Of a DNA stretch of 64,000 nucleotides, positions 38,171-54,835 are shown one piece after another. The notes under the pieces were generated by a model. That model had not been told where the DNA came from and ran no database searches. It worked only from the letters and a program-made list of their open reading frames with translations. The number at the start of each line of letters is the position of its first letter. Position 1 is the stretch's first letter. Made by a program: the position numbers and the translations under genes. This DNA is from Octopus vulgaris. Lineage: Eukaryota. The stretch covers positions 59,272,001 to 59,336,000 of the forward strand of contig OX597828.1 of assembly GCA_951406725.2 (NCBI GenBank), in the 5' to 3' direction.

Positions 38171-40279
38171 ATTACCCCTCCTCCATTCCATCGTGCATTC
38201 ATACCATATCCTTTAACGATCTTTCTTCTTTCTTTTCCATTGTTCTTTACTTCTGCTTCGCCTCCATCATTCTCGTCGTCGGTCTCACAGATTCCATTTT
38301 CACCACTCCTTCCTTGCCCGTCAACATGATTCTCATTCACTGATTTTCTTTCTGGCAATTTTTTCACTCACTATCTCCCCCACACTTTTACTGCAATGCT
38401 GTATCCACACCAACCAACCAACCAAATAAACTAAAAGAGGATATAAACGATTTCTAGTCCGCATTTTCAGTATTACAGTTTATTAACTATATTAACTATT
38501 AACTATATTATTAACTATTTTATTTATATTTATTATTATTTATTTATATTTATATTTACATTTATTATTTGAAACAAGCAAATGATAAAAGTCAAAGAAT
38601 TCATGTTACAGAAAATTGAATATAAAGCTGAAGTGAAAACTTTGATCTTGTTATAAGGCAAAAGTTAATATTGTCTGGCCTAAGGCGATGAGCTGGCGTT
38701 GTACCAAAATTTGAAACCGATATTGGAAAAGACTGGAAGGTGGCGAGCTGACAGAATCGTTAGCGCACTGGGCATACTGTTTAGCGGCATTTTGTTAGTC
38801 TTTACGATCTGAGTTCAAATTCCACTGAGGTCGATTTTGCCTTTGATCCTTTCGCGGTGAATAAAATAAGTACCAGTAGAGCACTGGGGATTGATGTTAT
38901 CAACGTGCTCCACCCCTCAAATTGCTGGCTTTTTGCCAAAATTTGAAGTTAATATTGTCAAGCCTACGTTGATCAGTGAACAGGGATGTTTATAGCTAGA
39001 AGAAAAATTATGGTTTGTGTATGATGCATAATTTCTGAAACATCGAAAGGAAATAATTGAAATGGGCCGATGGTATAAATTACGATGAATCAGGTAGACT
39101 GTGTTAGTTTTTATTCGGAGAAACAACACATAAAAATCTAGCCATTTCAGTATTCTCTAAAGCATTTGAGTTGATGCCGCTGGTCATCTGAGTTATTTAG
39201 CTTACCTTGTTTTTTGTAATTATACTTATTATACAAATTATATACGTTAATACTAGCTGAAAAATCTGTTAGTGTTTTTTAATTTTTTTTTGTTAAAATT
39301 TCTGGCCTCTTATGAAAACGAAATATATCGAAGTATGAAATTAAGATATCTTTTAAGTTTGAAAATTCAATTTTCTGCAGAACTAATTTTTTTATTTCTT
39401 ATAAATTCTTATAAACTACACTTTTTTTCTTAGAGAACCGCTAACAATGACCCCCAGGGTCTTTGATTTCTTTACCAATTAGGAGGCACATTTCAATTCA
39501 TTCAGAATTTTTAGCATGTGTCATTCGGGGTATCACCGCGTACTCGAATTGTATAAACCTGAACCTACCTGAGACATACATACATGCATACATGCATACA
39601 TGCATGCATGCATACATACATGCATACATACATGCATACATGCATACATACATACATACATGCATACATACATACATACATACATACATACATACATACA
39701 TACATGCATACATGCATACATACATGCATACATGCATACATGCATACATACATACATACACACATAATACATACATACATGTATGTATGTATCTATGTGT
39801 GTACGTACATACACACACGCACACATAGACACACACACAGACATGCACACAGATATACAGACATACACACACACAGACATACACACACAGGCATACACAC
39901 ACACACACACACACGCAAGTAAATGCGTGTGTGTGTCGGCGCGTGTAAATTTAATAGCCATTTACCAAGGTTCCTGTATACAATGATTTATTTACATTCA
40001 AACTGTTCTTGAAATACAAGTGCAATACTCAGGCACTTCTTTTATTCACAAGGATAAAAAGAAACGTATTCTTGAAACCATAGCTACAGACACACAGTAA
40101 GCAATGCTCACGAGAATATGGGCGCATACACACAAACACACCCACAAAATCTCCATTAATTAACATCAATTGATGCTAATAGCTTCTCTCCCATATTTAT
40201 TGAAAGCATTTCATACCTTGGTATAATTGTCTTTCTACAAGTTTTACCTATTCATTTATAAGTACACTCACGTTCAAAT

Positions 40280-40358
<79 letters not shown>

Positions 40359-40999
40359 CATATATGAATTTCCACGTCACAAATTACATACAATAGGTTG
40401 TTAATGAAACAAGAAATATGATGAAAGTGGGATGAGCGGCATAACAGGAAGTTTCTAATATAACAGCTAATTAGAACTTAGCAGCGCATATAGGCAGGTA
40501 GTTTTTGCCGGATATATTCGATGAAAACCATTTTGATTTTGTGGGAGTTAACATCTGTGTGATGTGGAAAAAAAAAAGAATGGTTTAAATGGAACTGACC
40601 TGGAACAAAACATGCAATTGGTCAATGGAAAAAAGATAGATACTCGGTGTTATGAAGATGCTTATGTTCGTGTCCATCAACTTCGTAATATTAGTTTCAA
40701 ATTTTGGTATAAGGCCAGCAATTCCAGGAGAGGGAGTACGTTGATTACATCGACCCCAGTGCTCTATTGGTACTTATTTATCGACCGCGAAAGGATGAAA
40801 GGCAAAGTCGACCTCGGCGCGATTTGAACTCACAACGTATAGACGGACGAAATGATGCTAAGCATTTTGCCTGTTGTGCTGACGATTCTGCCATCTCGCC
40901 GTCTTATCATCTTCATAATAATGGATATGAATCTGACACATCATTAGTGATAAGGATTAGAAAATTTATTGATTTAGAAATGGGGAATACTTCTAACTA

Positions 41000-41330
41000 T
41001 TATCTTTTACTTATTTCATTCATTAGACTACAGCCATGCTGGGGCACCGCCTTGAATAATTCTTAATCGAATTTTTTTTTTCAAGTCCTGATACTTATTC
41101 TATCGATCCTTTTGCCGAACGGCTAAGTTACGGGAACGTAAACACACCAGAAACCGATTGTCAAGCGGTGGTGACCCTCACACACAGACACACACACGCA
41201 CATGCACACACACACACACGCGCGGCTCATTTCAGTTTCTATCTACCAGATCCACTCATAACGCTTTGGTCGGCCCGAGACAATAGTAGAAGAAGATACT
41301 TGTCCAAGATGCCACGCAATCGGACTGAGT
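41000..41330 (-). mobile_element. SINE family B, degraded
   Basis: Reverse match to the family B body and tail. Confidence 0.7.
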
Positions 41331-41696
41331 AATAGCAATTAGTAGATTTAGAAATAATTGGACGAAATTAGTTTGACAAAACAATAGAATGTAAAGCTGA
41401 ATCAGAAAATGGTATTGCACAAAATCGTATACTGTTTGTCATTTCGCAACAGTTAGGTTACGGAGCAGTTACTTATTTCTTTCAGACTGTTTCTGCTGGA
41501 GAATTGATTTTCGTCATCCAATCGAATTATACATCTTTGATGATGTGTGGATCAGGAATTACTCAATATCAGGTCATTTCCCCCGTCAGTCGTTTGTCCC
41601 AAGCAGGTTGATTTAGAATATATTTCACAACATGAAACGAACGAGATTCATCCACATTAATCAATTTGTCTGATTATTGGGTTGGAAACGTAGACT

Positions 41697-42140
41697 TTTT
41701 ACGTTCTGAGTTCAAATTCCACCAAGGTTGACTTTGCCTTTCATCCTTTCGAACTCGATAATGTAAATACCCATTTCTTTACTACCCACAAGGGGCTAAA
41801 CACAGAGGGGACAAACAAGGACAGACAAACGGATTAAGTCGATTATATCGACCCCAGTGCGTAACTGGTACTTATTTAATCGACCCCGAAAGGATGAAAG
41901 GTAAAGTCGACCTCGGCGGAATTTGAACTTAGAACGTAGTGGCAGACGAAATACTGCTAAGCATTTCGCCCTGCGTGCTAACGTTTCTGCCAGCTCGCCG
42001 CCTTCACGATAATGTAAATACCAGTTGAACACTGGGGGTAGATGTAACTGACTTGTCCACTCCCGCTAAATTACTTTGTGTCAAAATTTGAAATCAGTGT
42101 TTTTCATATTTTAAGATGGACGTTTGAAAGAGGAGAATAT
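41697..42140. mobile_element. Nested SINE-in-SINE composite duplicated with ~34585-35027
   Basis: Same host SINE, same inserted minus-strand SINE A, same TSD, and shared unique flank TTTTCATATTTTAAGA.GGACGTTTG. Confidence 0.85.
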
Positions 42141-42999
42141 CAGGTTTTTACCCGTCAGTCGTTTGTCCCATGGGTATTCATTATAAACGAACGGCATCCA
42201 TCCACATTAATCGATTTGTCTGATTACTGAGTTGGAAACGTAGACTCCATTTTACGGTATTTTGTTTTAGGATGGGATGTGGTAATGAAGATTTATCAAT
42301 TATTTCTGAGTAGTTCGCTGATCTACAAAGACATTCATATGGTGTCATTAATTAGTGATATGGAGCTCTGTAGCACCAGTTTTACCAACCATCTCTTCCT
42401 GATACGACGGCGCCAACAAATGAAAGCACTAACCCATCTGCTGAAGAGAAATATGATCTTCTGAACTTTACAACGACGACAGGAATAATCGGTGCACTAA
42501 TTAACATGATTTTATTCGTAATTGGAATCCACAAACAAGAGAACGGCCAAGCATCAGTGCCTGCCTAACGAATCATGAAAACAGTAACAGATCTGTTAGC
42601 GAACGTAAAAACATTTGAATAGAAACACATACTTAAAACGTGTATGCATATAATGGGATTTCGACGCACATGTGCACACAATCAATGTATTATTCACAGT
42701 CAAACAATTACTAGAATATAATTGCAATGTCCATACGCACACACGCACACACACACACACACATGCAATTCACATAGTAAGCTTATTTGCTGTATTTATT
42801 ACCATAATGTATTGTGTTTTACCGTCAGTCAGGACTGGTAATTAAGAATATCAGATGTTTGGAAGGATATTCAAACAGTCAATATCTTAAACTACCGACG
42901 TCGTATTTTCCATGGAAAGAAGCATCTGTCTTTGCCGGGCGACAAACCATTCCATTGTCTGCCTAAACTGGAATAATTATGCCATTATAATCTAATACA

Positions 43000-43325
43000 G
43001 CTAGGTTAGAGCGTCGAGCTTACGATCGTGAGGTTGTGAGCTCGAATCCCGGACCGGGCTGCGTGTTGTGTTCTTGAGCAAGGCACTTTATTTCACGTTG
43101 CTCCAGTTCATTCAGCTGTAGATATGAGTTGCGACGTCACTGGTGCCAAGCTGTATCGGCCCCTTTGACTTTCCCTTGGATAACATCGGTGGCGTGGAGA
43201 GGGGAGGCTGGTATGCATGGGCGACTGCTGGTCTTCCATAAACAACCTTGCCCAGACTTGTGTCTAGGAGGGTAACTTTCTAGGTGCAATCCCATGGTCA
43301 TTCATGACCGAAGGGGGTCTTTACT
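43000..43325 (+). mobile_element. CORE-like tRNA SINE family D
   Basis: tRNA head (GTTAGAGCG...CTCGAATCCC) followed by TTCTTGAGCAAGGCACTTTA; relatives at ~24000, ~26630 and ~51010-51250. Confidence 0.75.
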
Positions 43326-43716
43326 CTTTCCTATTTCACACGAATGTGTTTTCATGAATTCTTCTTCTTCTTCTTCTTCTTCTTCTTCTTCTTCTTCTTC
43401 TTCTTCTTCTTCTTCTTCTTCTTCTTCTTCTTCTTCTTCTTCTTCTTCTTCTTCTTCTTCTTCTTCTTCTTCTTCTTCTTCTTCTTCCAGGCTAACAAAG
43501 AATAAGTCCTGGGCTCGATTTCTTCGACTAAAACCTCTTTAAGGTGATGCTCCAGCGTGGCTGCAGTCAAATGACTGAAACAAGTAAAAGAATAAAAGAA
43601 TATGTACATACATACATACACACACACATACATACACACATACATACATACATACATACATACATACACACATACATACATACATACATACATACATACA
43701 TTCACACATACATACA

Positions 43717-43789
<73 letters not shown>

Positions 43790-44969
43790 GTGTATGTATG
43801 TATGTATGTATGTATGTATGTATGTATGTACATATTCTTTTATTCTTTTACTATGTATATATATATATATATACTAACCAAATAGTAGTCAATCTCAAGG
43901 GACAGAATATGGATTAGCAGACAATGGAACTTCCATTGTTATTCTTCAGTGATACGGAACACACGCATTTATATCTCTCTCTTTCTTTCCCTCTTTCTTT
44001 TCTTCCTCTCTTCTTCTTCACCTCTCTCTAACGCACACACACACACATATGTATGACTATATATGCATTAGTCTGTTGATACGTACATCTTCAATTAAAT
44101 ACGATTTAAAGTTCAATTAACGAGTTTTCCAGGTTGTGATCACAATGAGTAAAGTTAAGCTCCGGATAAAACCATTTAGATTCCTAGTTGGTGCTAGAAA
44201 TTCCTCAGAAGCCGTTATTATACTTAGAAAGGTAATGAAAGGCTATAACATTTTCTGATTTCTTATTGTTTTTGTTTCAAGCCTATTTACAAAGTTGGAT
44301 AAATTTTTTTTACATTATATTGATCTATTAGAAATGTAACGTCCACCATTGTTGTTACAAACTTCTCGTGTATTTTGAAGGTTTTATTGAATGAAATAAA
44401 GGAAATTAAATAAATAAATGGAAATTAGTAAAATGCATTGCTTGAATTTTTTTTCTTTTGTAAAGTAAGCTCCACACATGGCTGTATCAACTGTATATCG
44501 AACAACTAATAAGAGTGTTCTTGATTTGTGTCCCATTAAAGACTCCAATCTATCTATCACTACTACGGTTGTCTCATGATCTCGTTCATCTTTCTGCAAA
44601 TCGGAATCATAAGATAACAAAGTTCATCATACAAAGCATTAGAGTAAGTTAATAGGCCAGCAATTTCGGAGTAGGGGAATAGTCGATTCCATGGAGCCCG
44701 GTGCTCGACTGGTAATTATTTTATCGACACCGAAAGGATGAAAGACGAAGTCGATTTCGATGGAATTTGAACTAGAACGTGAAGACGTACAAGTCGCCGC
44801 TAAGCAATTTTTTCAGGCGTGCTAACGATTCTGCCAACTCACCAACTTACAGTAAGTTAATACTGCAAATCTTTTCTGATAAGTAACAATGTTCAACCCC
44901 GTTCGAGTATGCCAAACCTTACGCAGACGACAACAATCCGATCAACAAACCGATTAGAATTCAATACAA

Positions 44970-45154
44970 TTTACTCTTTTACTCTTTTACTTGTATCAGT
45001 TATTTGTGGCCATGCTAGAGCACCGCCTTTAGTCGAGCAAATCGACCTCAAGACTTATTCTTTGTAAGCCTAGTACTTATTCTATCGGTCTCTTTTGCCG
45101 AACCGCTAAGTTACAAAGACGTAAAGATACCAGCATCGGTTGTGAAGCGATTTT

Positions 45155-45206
<52 letters not shown>

Positions 45207-45493
45207 TAACCAAATAGTAGTCAATCTCAAGAATATGGATTAGTAGACAATGGCACTTCCATTGATACGGAACACACACATTTATATCTCTCTCTCTTTC
45301 TTTTCTCTAACACACACACACATATATATATACATATATACGACGGGCTTGTTTACCAAATCCACTCACAAGGCTTTGGTCGGTCCGAGGCTATAGTTGA
45401 AGACACTTGCCCAAGGTGCCACGTAGTGAGACTGAACCCGAAACCATGTGGTTGGTAAGCAAGCTACATACCACACAGCCATTCCTACGCCTA
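44970..45493 (-). mobile_element. SINE family B
   Basis: Full reverse copy with an extra segment inside its internal microsatellite. Confidence 0.85.
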
Positions 45494-46329
45494 CATAAAT
45501 CTCCATGAAAAGAAGAATATTATAGAATATTCTGTATAGTCAAGACATGGTTCGCCTTACTATCAAACGAAATCAGATTCAATAACCGCGTATCAGTGTA
45601 CATTTCTTGCCTGATTCCAGTATAGTTTGAGCTTAGAATTAAACTGACGATGCTACTGTTATGATATGTTTTGAGATTGTATTCATTCAATGATAAAGAA
45701 AATAAATTTAGAAAGTTTACTTTAATATTCTGGTTTGTTGTTAACGCATTTATTTATTTTCTGGTAGTTTAACATTTAATTACAAATTCTATAATTCATT
45801 ACCTAAAACCAATTGACGTAATTCATTTCTTCTATTCAATGTCTAAGGGGTATTTTAACCTGGTATTTTGGATTCGTTGTACAGGTCATTTATGGATGTG
45901 TTGCGTTCAGCTTGTTATATGGAAATACGTTTTAATGATTTGTAATTCGTTCCTTTCTCTAAAAGAAGTTCCATTTAATGATTTAAGAAGTTCTACTTAA
46001 TGAGGTATTTAATGGATCACTTTATCGATTCCACGGTTCGATTATATTTTGAAAAAATTTCTGATGGTTTGTAGTTTTCTTCTTAACATTGTTATCATTG
46101 TGTAGAACAACTGTAGTTAATTAAATTCTTTTCACTAATTTCACTAATTATAAGTGTATTTAATATACGCCATCGCGAAACTCGCTCTCCTCATCCCTCA
46201 TGGACTTGCATATCCTTCTCCCACACGTCACCATTGCATAACATGATAATATGGGGCAAATACAATCACGCGGTACTCCAGAGTCGATTTCGTAGCAGTT
46301 AGATATAAAAAAAAGGGATTATACATTAG

Positions 46330-46406
<77 letters not shown>

Positions 46407-46415
46407 ACACACATA

Positions 46416-46457
<42 letters not shown>

Positions 46458-46495
46458 CACACACACACACTCACACACACACACACACTCACACA

Positions 46496-46552
<57 letters not shown>

Positions 46553-46649
46553 GCACGCACGCACGCAAATACACACACACACACATAAAAAAATCGTTAA
46601 TTAATTGGAAAAACAAAACAGCAATAATATCAATTATGATGTTTCTTCA

Positions 46650-47940
46650 AATGCATTGTTTCTAATTTAGGAATACGCCAACAATGTTTTTCAGGGTGGA
46701 ATTTTAGCGTTTACATCAAGTGACTAGTACTTTATTTTATCGATCTGGGAAGTATGAACGGCAAAGTTGACTTCGGTGGGGGTTTGAACTCAGAACATAA
46801 AGAGGAAGAGCAAGTACCGCAAGGCGTTTTCTTCCGACGCTCCTACAGTTCTTCCAGTCCGCCGCTCTTCAAGTATATCACTATCAAGTAATATTTAAGG
46901 CAGCCAGCAGGCAGAATCGTTATCCACGTCGTAATGCTTAGCGGCGTTCCATCCATCTTCATATTCTGAGTTCAAATTCTGCCGAGGTCAACATTGCCTT
47001 TTGTCACATCGGGGACGATAAAATAAGTGCCAGTCAAGTACAGAGGTCGAGGAAATCGACTTGACCCTCTCACAAACTTGCTGACGTTGTTCCGTAATTT
47101 GAAACCAATATATACAGGGTGGGTCAAAAGTAAGTAGGCTTTGAAAATTGCTAATATTGGCTCCAAAATATCGGGCCTTGTACCTTGAGTAGAAAACAAG
47201 TAAGGCGGCGAGCTGATAGAATCATTACTACGCATCTTTATATTCTGAATTTCGCCGAGGTTAATTTTACATTTCGTCTTTCCGAGGTTGATAAAATAAT
47301 ACTGAAGTCGTAATCGACTCTGCCTCTCTCACCAAAATTTCAAGCATTGTGCTTATAGTAGAAAGGAAACTGATATCAAATTTTGACTCACGGCCAGCCA
47401 TTTGGGGCTGGTGTAAGTCAATTACATCGACCCCAGAGTTCAACTGGTACTTATTTTGAGGACTCCGAAAGAAGTACAGGAAAAGTTGACCTCGGAGGAA
47501 TTTGAACTTAGAACGTAAAGATGGACAAAATGTCGCTAAGCATTCACCCGAGCGCGGTTACGATTCTGCCAACTCACGGCCTTAGAAAAGATTATTCAAA
47601 CTTCTTTCAAACTTTGGCACAAGACCAATAATTTTGGGGCTGGGTGTAGGTCGTTTATATCAACCCTTGTGTTCAACTGGTACCTATTTATTTGACCTCG
47701 ACAGGATGAAAGGTGGAATTTGAACTCAGAACGCAAAGGCAGACCTGGCATACTAACTATCGTGCCAGTTCATCGCCTCTTTCAAATTTCGGTACAAGAC
47801 CACTAATTTACTCAACTGGTACTTATTTTATCGACCTCAAATATATGAAAGGTGAAGTCGATTTCAGGACGTGAAGACGACAAATCGACGCTCAGTATTT
47901 TGCTCGACGTGTTAACAAATCTGTCAAAGGATATTAATAT
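46650..47940. mobile_element. Dense cluster of degraded SINE A copies in both orientations
   Basis: Repeated GAATTTGAACTC, GAGTTCAAATT and AACTGGTACTTATTT motifs in at least six partial units. Confidence 0.75.
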
Positions 47941-47956
47941 TATAAGTATATATATA

Positions 47957-49797
<1,841 letters not shown>

Positions 49798-49850
49798 AAG
49801 TGGCGAACATGCAGGCCTTGTGCCAAAAAATGAAATCAATATTACAAGTG

Positions 49851-50071
49851 TACGAGGGGTGCTGCAAAGTTCCTCTCTTTGGGTAAAAGGAAACACAGGC
49901 GGATCTGTTATTATGACTTTATTTAACATACTCCCCTCTCATATTCACACACCTATTGCAGCGGTCCTTCTTTAACTCAACCTTCCGAATAAAAGAACTC
50001 TGAAGGCTGAACCCCCAGCGAGGTCTTTCGCGATATCCTTAAACCCAGGAACTTCTCAGCACTCCTTCGTA
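49851..50071. mobile_element. Mariner-type MITE
   Basis: TIRs TACGAGGGGTGCTGCAAAGTTCCT and AGGAACTTCTCAGCACTCCTTCGTA with TA at both ends; ~220 bp; no ORF. Confidence 0.75.
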
Positions 50072-52576
50072 CATACTGAGAACACCTTATTCGATTGGTT
50101 AAACCCGTATCTTCACAATAGGCATCCGTAATTATTTCAGAATATTTTCTTTCAAATTTTAAAACAGTTTACAGCATTGGAAAGGCTCAGTAATGGTAAC
50201 GTAGCAACTGTCTTAGTTTTAGTTAGTCCCTAGTATATTCTCCGGCATTGGATCAATTAGTTGTGTAGTGGCCTCTGTTAGCATATATTACAAGCTCAGT
50301 TCGACAGTAATAGATAGTTTCATTGCTTCTTTGTGTCATATATTCAAAAACTGAAAGTAATAAAGACCAACCCCACCTCAACCCTCAAAGAAGGCGGTGT
50401 CTATTTACACGGTCAAAATATACAGCAGTCTTAGCACTTTCAGTGATGTGTCCTAATCTGTTGATGAGAAAACATGAGAGGTTTGTTTTTGAAAACTTGA
50501 TGCTGGGCGAGGTTTGTTGTTGCTCTAAGTGTCTTAATTTACTCTGACTCATGTCCAGATTTGTTGATGGATAATGAATACGAACATGAAAGAATGATGA
50601 GGGAAAAAAAAACAATTAGATAGTAGAATGGAAGGAGATGCTGTCTTTGAAAAAATAAGTGTAAGAGATGAAACTGGAACTGCAAGCTATCTCTTGTGGA
50701 AAGACACGTTTCTTTCGTTGGAAAGAGCATGAGATATTAAAAAATTCCAGGATGTAGTATTTGGTCACTAATATTAATTTCTGAGTAAGTTATCTCCTGA
50801 TACACTTATCTGGTTACCAGTAATGTCAGTCCTTCACTGGACATGTCGAGGCTGAAATTAGATTGAGATGTAATCTTCAATCAAACATACTTTGTAAACA
50901 TGTCTGACGCCAGGCAGAAACCCAAAACGATGTAATATCTCTGTAATGTTGTACCATTCGGCCAACATTTGTGTTGCGTGTTCGGAAGATATTTGAGTGA
51001 GTATTGTCTCGAGTTTGAGAACTCATAGGGCCGGTTATCCACTTTCAAAGGCGTTTAAGTGATTGAGATGATGACATTCCGCCTAGATTAAGACGCAAAT
51101 CCGTCGTAGGATTACTCCTTTACTGCTGGAGCAAAGTGGAATGAAGTGTAATACTCAAGAACACAACACTCCGCCCTGTCCAAAAATCGGACACCACAAT
51201 CTTGCGATCGGGAGCGCAACACCCTAACCACTTGTCTGCACACTTCCACTCTTTTGGAAGATATTTCAGATAAAATTTAATAGTTAAGTCATGGATAATG
51301 GATAATTTCAGTTGGGAGTTATGACATTACAGTATTATGAGAGAACGACCAGTTTATGAAAGGCTTACATTCATAGCAAAACGGTCAGTTCTTCTTAGAT
51401 GCGTGAAGAACTATAAATATATCATTTATGCACTCGTAAAATGGCAGGGGTTTACTTCAAAGCGCTGGCATCTTAAATGGAATGGTTTTTGGTGACAGCA
51501 AAGATCGTCGTTAGGGAAGTCTCAAAGACATACTTTGATCAAATGTTTCGGATATTCTTCCTCTGACTGGTGAGTTTGGTGAACGTGTGCAGCAGATTTG
51601 AAATGACCGTAGTCGACAAAACGGTTGTGATTAGATATTTCCTTTTCCGAAACGATGGCCAAATAACACTTTAACTTTGAAGAATGGCCATGTCTTCGGG
51701 CAAATGTTATGAAATGTAGTTTGTAGCGATTGATTTAATGTAGTTGATAAATCTAACTTTTCCATTATAATTCTTCTATTTACATTCTTATTGAATGCTG
51801 AAACGTGGTAATCTGAGGTGAATGGCCTCAGAGTTTAAGGTTCTATTATCTTCTTTCAATGACATATAGCTTCTTTGGGGTGAATTTTATAGTCTTATAT
51901 TAAAAATCAGTTGAATGTCTGTCAGGAATTTGTCAAAAGGTTGATAGTTCGTTACTGTCACTCAATTCATACATAGGCAAGTTTCTTATCTCTCAGTGAT
52001 TATGTATTCTTTCCAGGAAGAAATTATTTTCGAAAAATCATCAGTATTCCCCACCTATCCGGTAGATGTAAATATCGGTTTCAAATTTTGCCACGAAGCT
52101 AGTAATTTCGAAGGAAGGGGTAAGTAGATTACATCGACCCCAATGCTCAACTGGAACTTATTTTATCGACCCCGAAGGAAGAAAGGGACAGTCGACCTCG
52201 GCTGAATTTGAACTCAGAACGTAAAGACGGACGGGATCTTTTCCTTTTGATAGCTAGATTTCAACACAATTTCTAGTTAACTAAACACTTTAAAACTTCG
52301 TATACTGGTAGAATGTGTCAAAAGAAAACATTATTTCACTTGGCTTTTTTGATAAATTTGTAATTCGTTTGTTTAACGTAGTTTAATATATATATAATAA
52401 CAAAGGGTAAAATTAATTAATTAACTAGTAATCAATAATTTCATCAAGTAGAATTCGGCATCTTTGTTTTTGTCTGGGAGCCTCTTCTTAAAGTAAAGGA
52501 AATAGCTAAGGTTCTTTGGCAGCTATTTCTAAACTTCGGTATGTGGTAAAGCAAATTTTTGCTGAACCCTAATTAT

Positions 52577-52688
<112 letters not shown>

Positions 52689-53254
52689 TATATATATACG
52701 ACGGGCTTCTTTCAATTTCCGTCTACCAAATCCACTCACAAGGCTTTGGTCGGTCTGAGGCTATAGTAGAAGAATGAACCCGTAACCCTGTGGTACGTAA
52801 GCAAGTTACTTACCACACAGCCACTCCTAAGCCTGGTGATTACTTTATCAAGTAACACTATAAAATGATAAAAATCCAATGTTAGTATAAATAATATTAA
52901 TTATTCAAATCATCCACACATTACATATCAAATTAAAGACTCCAGCATTTATCTCCCCTAAACAGTCTGAACTGCTCCTGAGTTACCTACCTTTGTTTAT
53001 ATTTTATTTTGTGCAAAATGATATTAGGCACTATTCCCTTACAATTTGAAAAAAAAAAAAAAAATTAAAAAAGAAGCATTTTATGAAAATGAATTAAATA
53101 GCAATTAACTGATATAGAAATTATCTGAGAGTGAAGTATCACTCGTTAATTCGATTCATGGACGAAAAGTAATATCAAGATTCTAAGAATTGAAATTGCA
53201 TTATAGATATTAAGCGATATAGATTTGTAAACACTTTCAGAACGACAACTCTAC

Positions 53255-53472
53255 GTACATATACATACATACATACACACACACCTACATACATACATAC
53301 ACACACACATACATACATACATACATACATACATACATGCATACACACACACACACCTACATACATACATACACACACACACACACATACATACATACAT
53401 ACATACATACATACATACATACATACATACATACACACACACCTACATACATACATACACACACACATACAT

Positions 53473-53503
<31 letters not shown>

Positions 53504-54085
53504 TACATACATACATACATACATACACACACACCTACATACATACACACACACACATACATACATACATACATACATACATACATACATACATACATAC
53601 ATACATACATACACACACACCTTCATACATACATACACACACATACATACATACATACATACACACACACACCTACATACATACATACATACATACATAC
53701 ATACATACATACATACACACATACATACATACATACATACATACACACACACATACATACATACATACATACATACGTACGTACATACATTCATACATTC
53801 ATGCATTCATACATACATACACACACACCTACATACATACACACACACACACATACATACATGCATACATGCATACATACATACATACATACATACATAC
53901 ATACATACATACATACATACATACATACCTACATACATACATACATACATACATACATACATACATACATACATACATACATACATACATACATACATAC
54001 ATACATACATACATACATACATACATACATACATACATACATACATACATACATGCATGCATACATGCATACGTACGTACATACA
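53255..54085. repeat. Compound (TACA)n/(CA)n microsatellite
   Basis: Direct inspection. Confidence 0.95.
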
Positions 54086-54275
54086 TATCGGTTTCAAGGA
54101 GGAAACTCGATTACATCGACCCCAATCCTCCACTGGTACTTATTTTATCGACCCCAAAAGGATGCAAAGTAAAGTGGACCTCAGCGGAATTTGAACTAAG
54201 AATATAAAGATAGCTGAAATGCCATTTAGCATTTTGCCTCGCATGCTAACGATTCTGCCAGATCGCCACCCTCAT

Positions 54276-54326
<51 letters not shown>

Positions 54327-54835
54327 ATAACCTAGTTATTAGCCTTAGGCTTCTGGTAGAGATCCGGTTAGTAACTAAATACCTCGTAATCAAACTAAAT
54401 CATATTAATAATAACAATAATAATATTAATAATAATGATTTCTTTATTAACCACTAACACTTGTTGTTGTTGTTGTTGTTGTTCTTCTTCTTCTTCTTCT
54501 TCTTTTTCTTCTTCTTCTTCTTCTTCTTCTTCTTCTTCTTCTTCTTTATCCTGTGCTTTCACTGCCCTACCGATCACAGCACTGTGTGCCTTAGGTATGT
54601 GCTGTGGTTTGTTGTGATGCTCTTATTTTTACTGTATTGAAAGTGTGTTACGTAGGATGTGAGCGGTGCCTAGTAATGCTATTTTTTTATGTTATATATA
54701 TTTTTTTGTGTGAATATTTTTTTATCACACCTATGATAGGATTTGTTTCTGTTTTTAGACTCCACATTCCGGTTACCTCTGTTTCCAGATCTTTATATTT
54801 TGAAAGTTTCACCATTTCCTTTAGAGAAAAATTGT

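Noticed and set aside
43915-43960. Minus-strand CTGAAGA followed by a hairpin
   Set aside because: GAAA and the cleavage triplet are missing.
44464-44643. Possible plus-strand exon ending AGA|GTAAGT with one open frame
   Set aside because: Weak acceptor and no recognisable protein similarity; needs RNA evidence.
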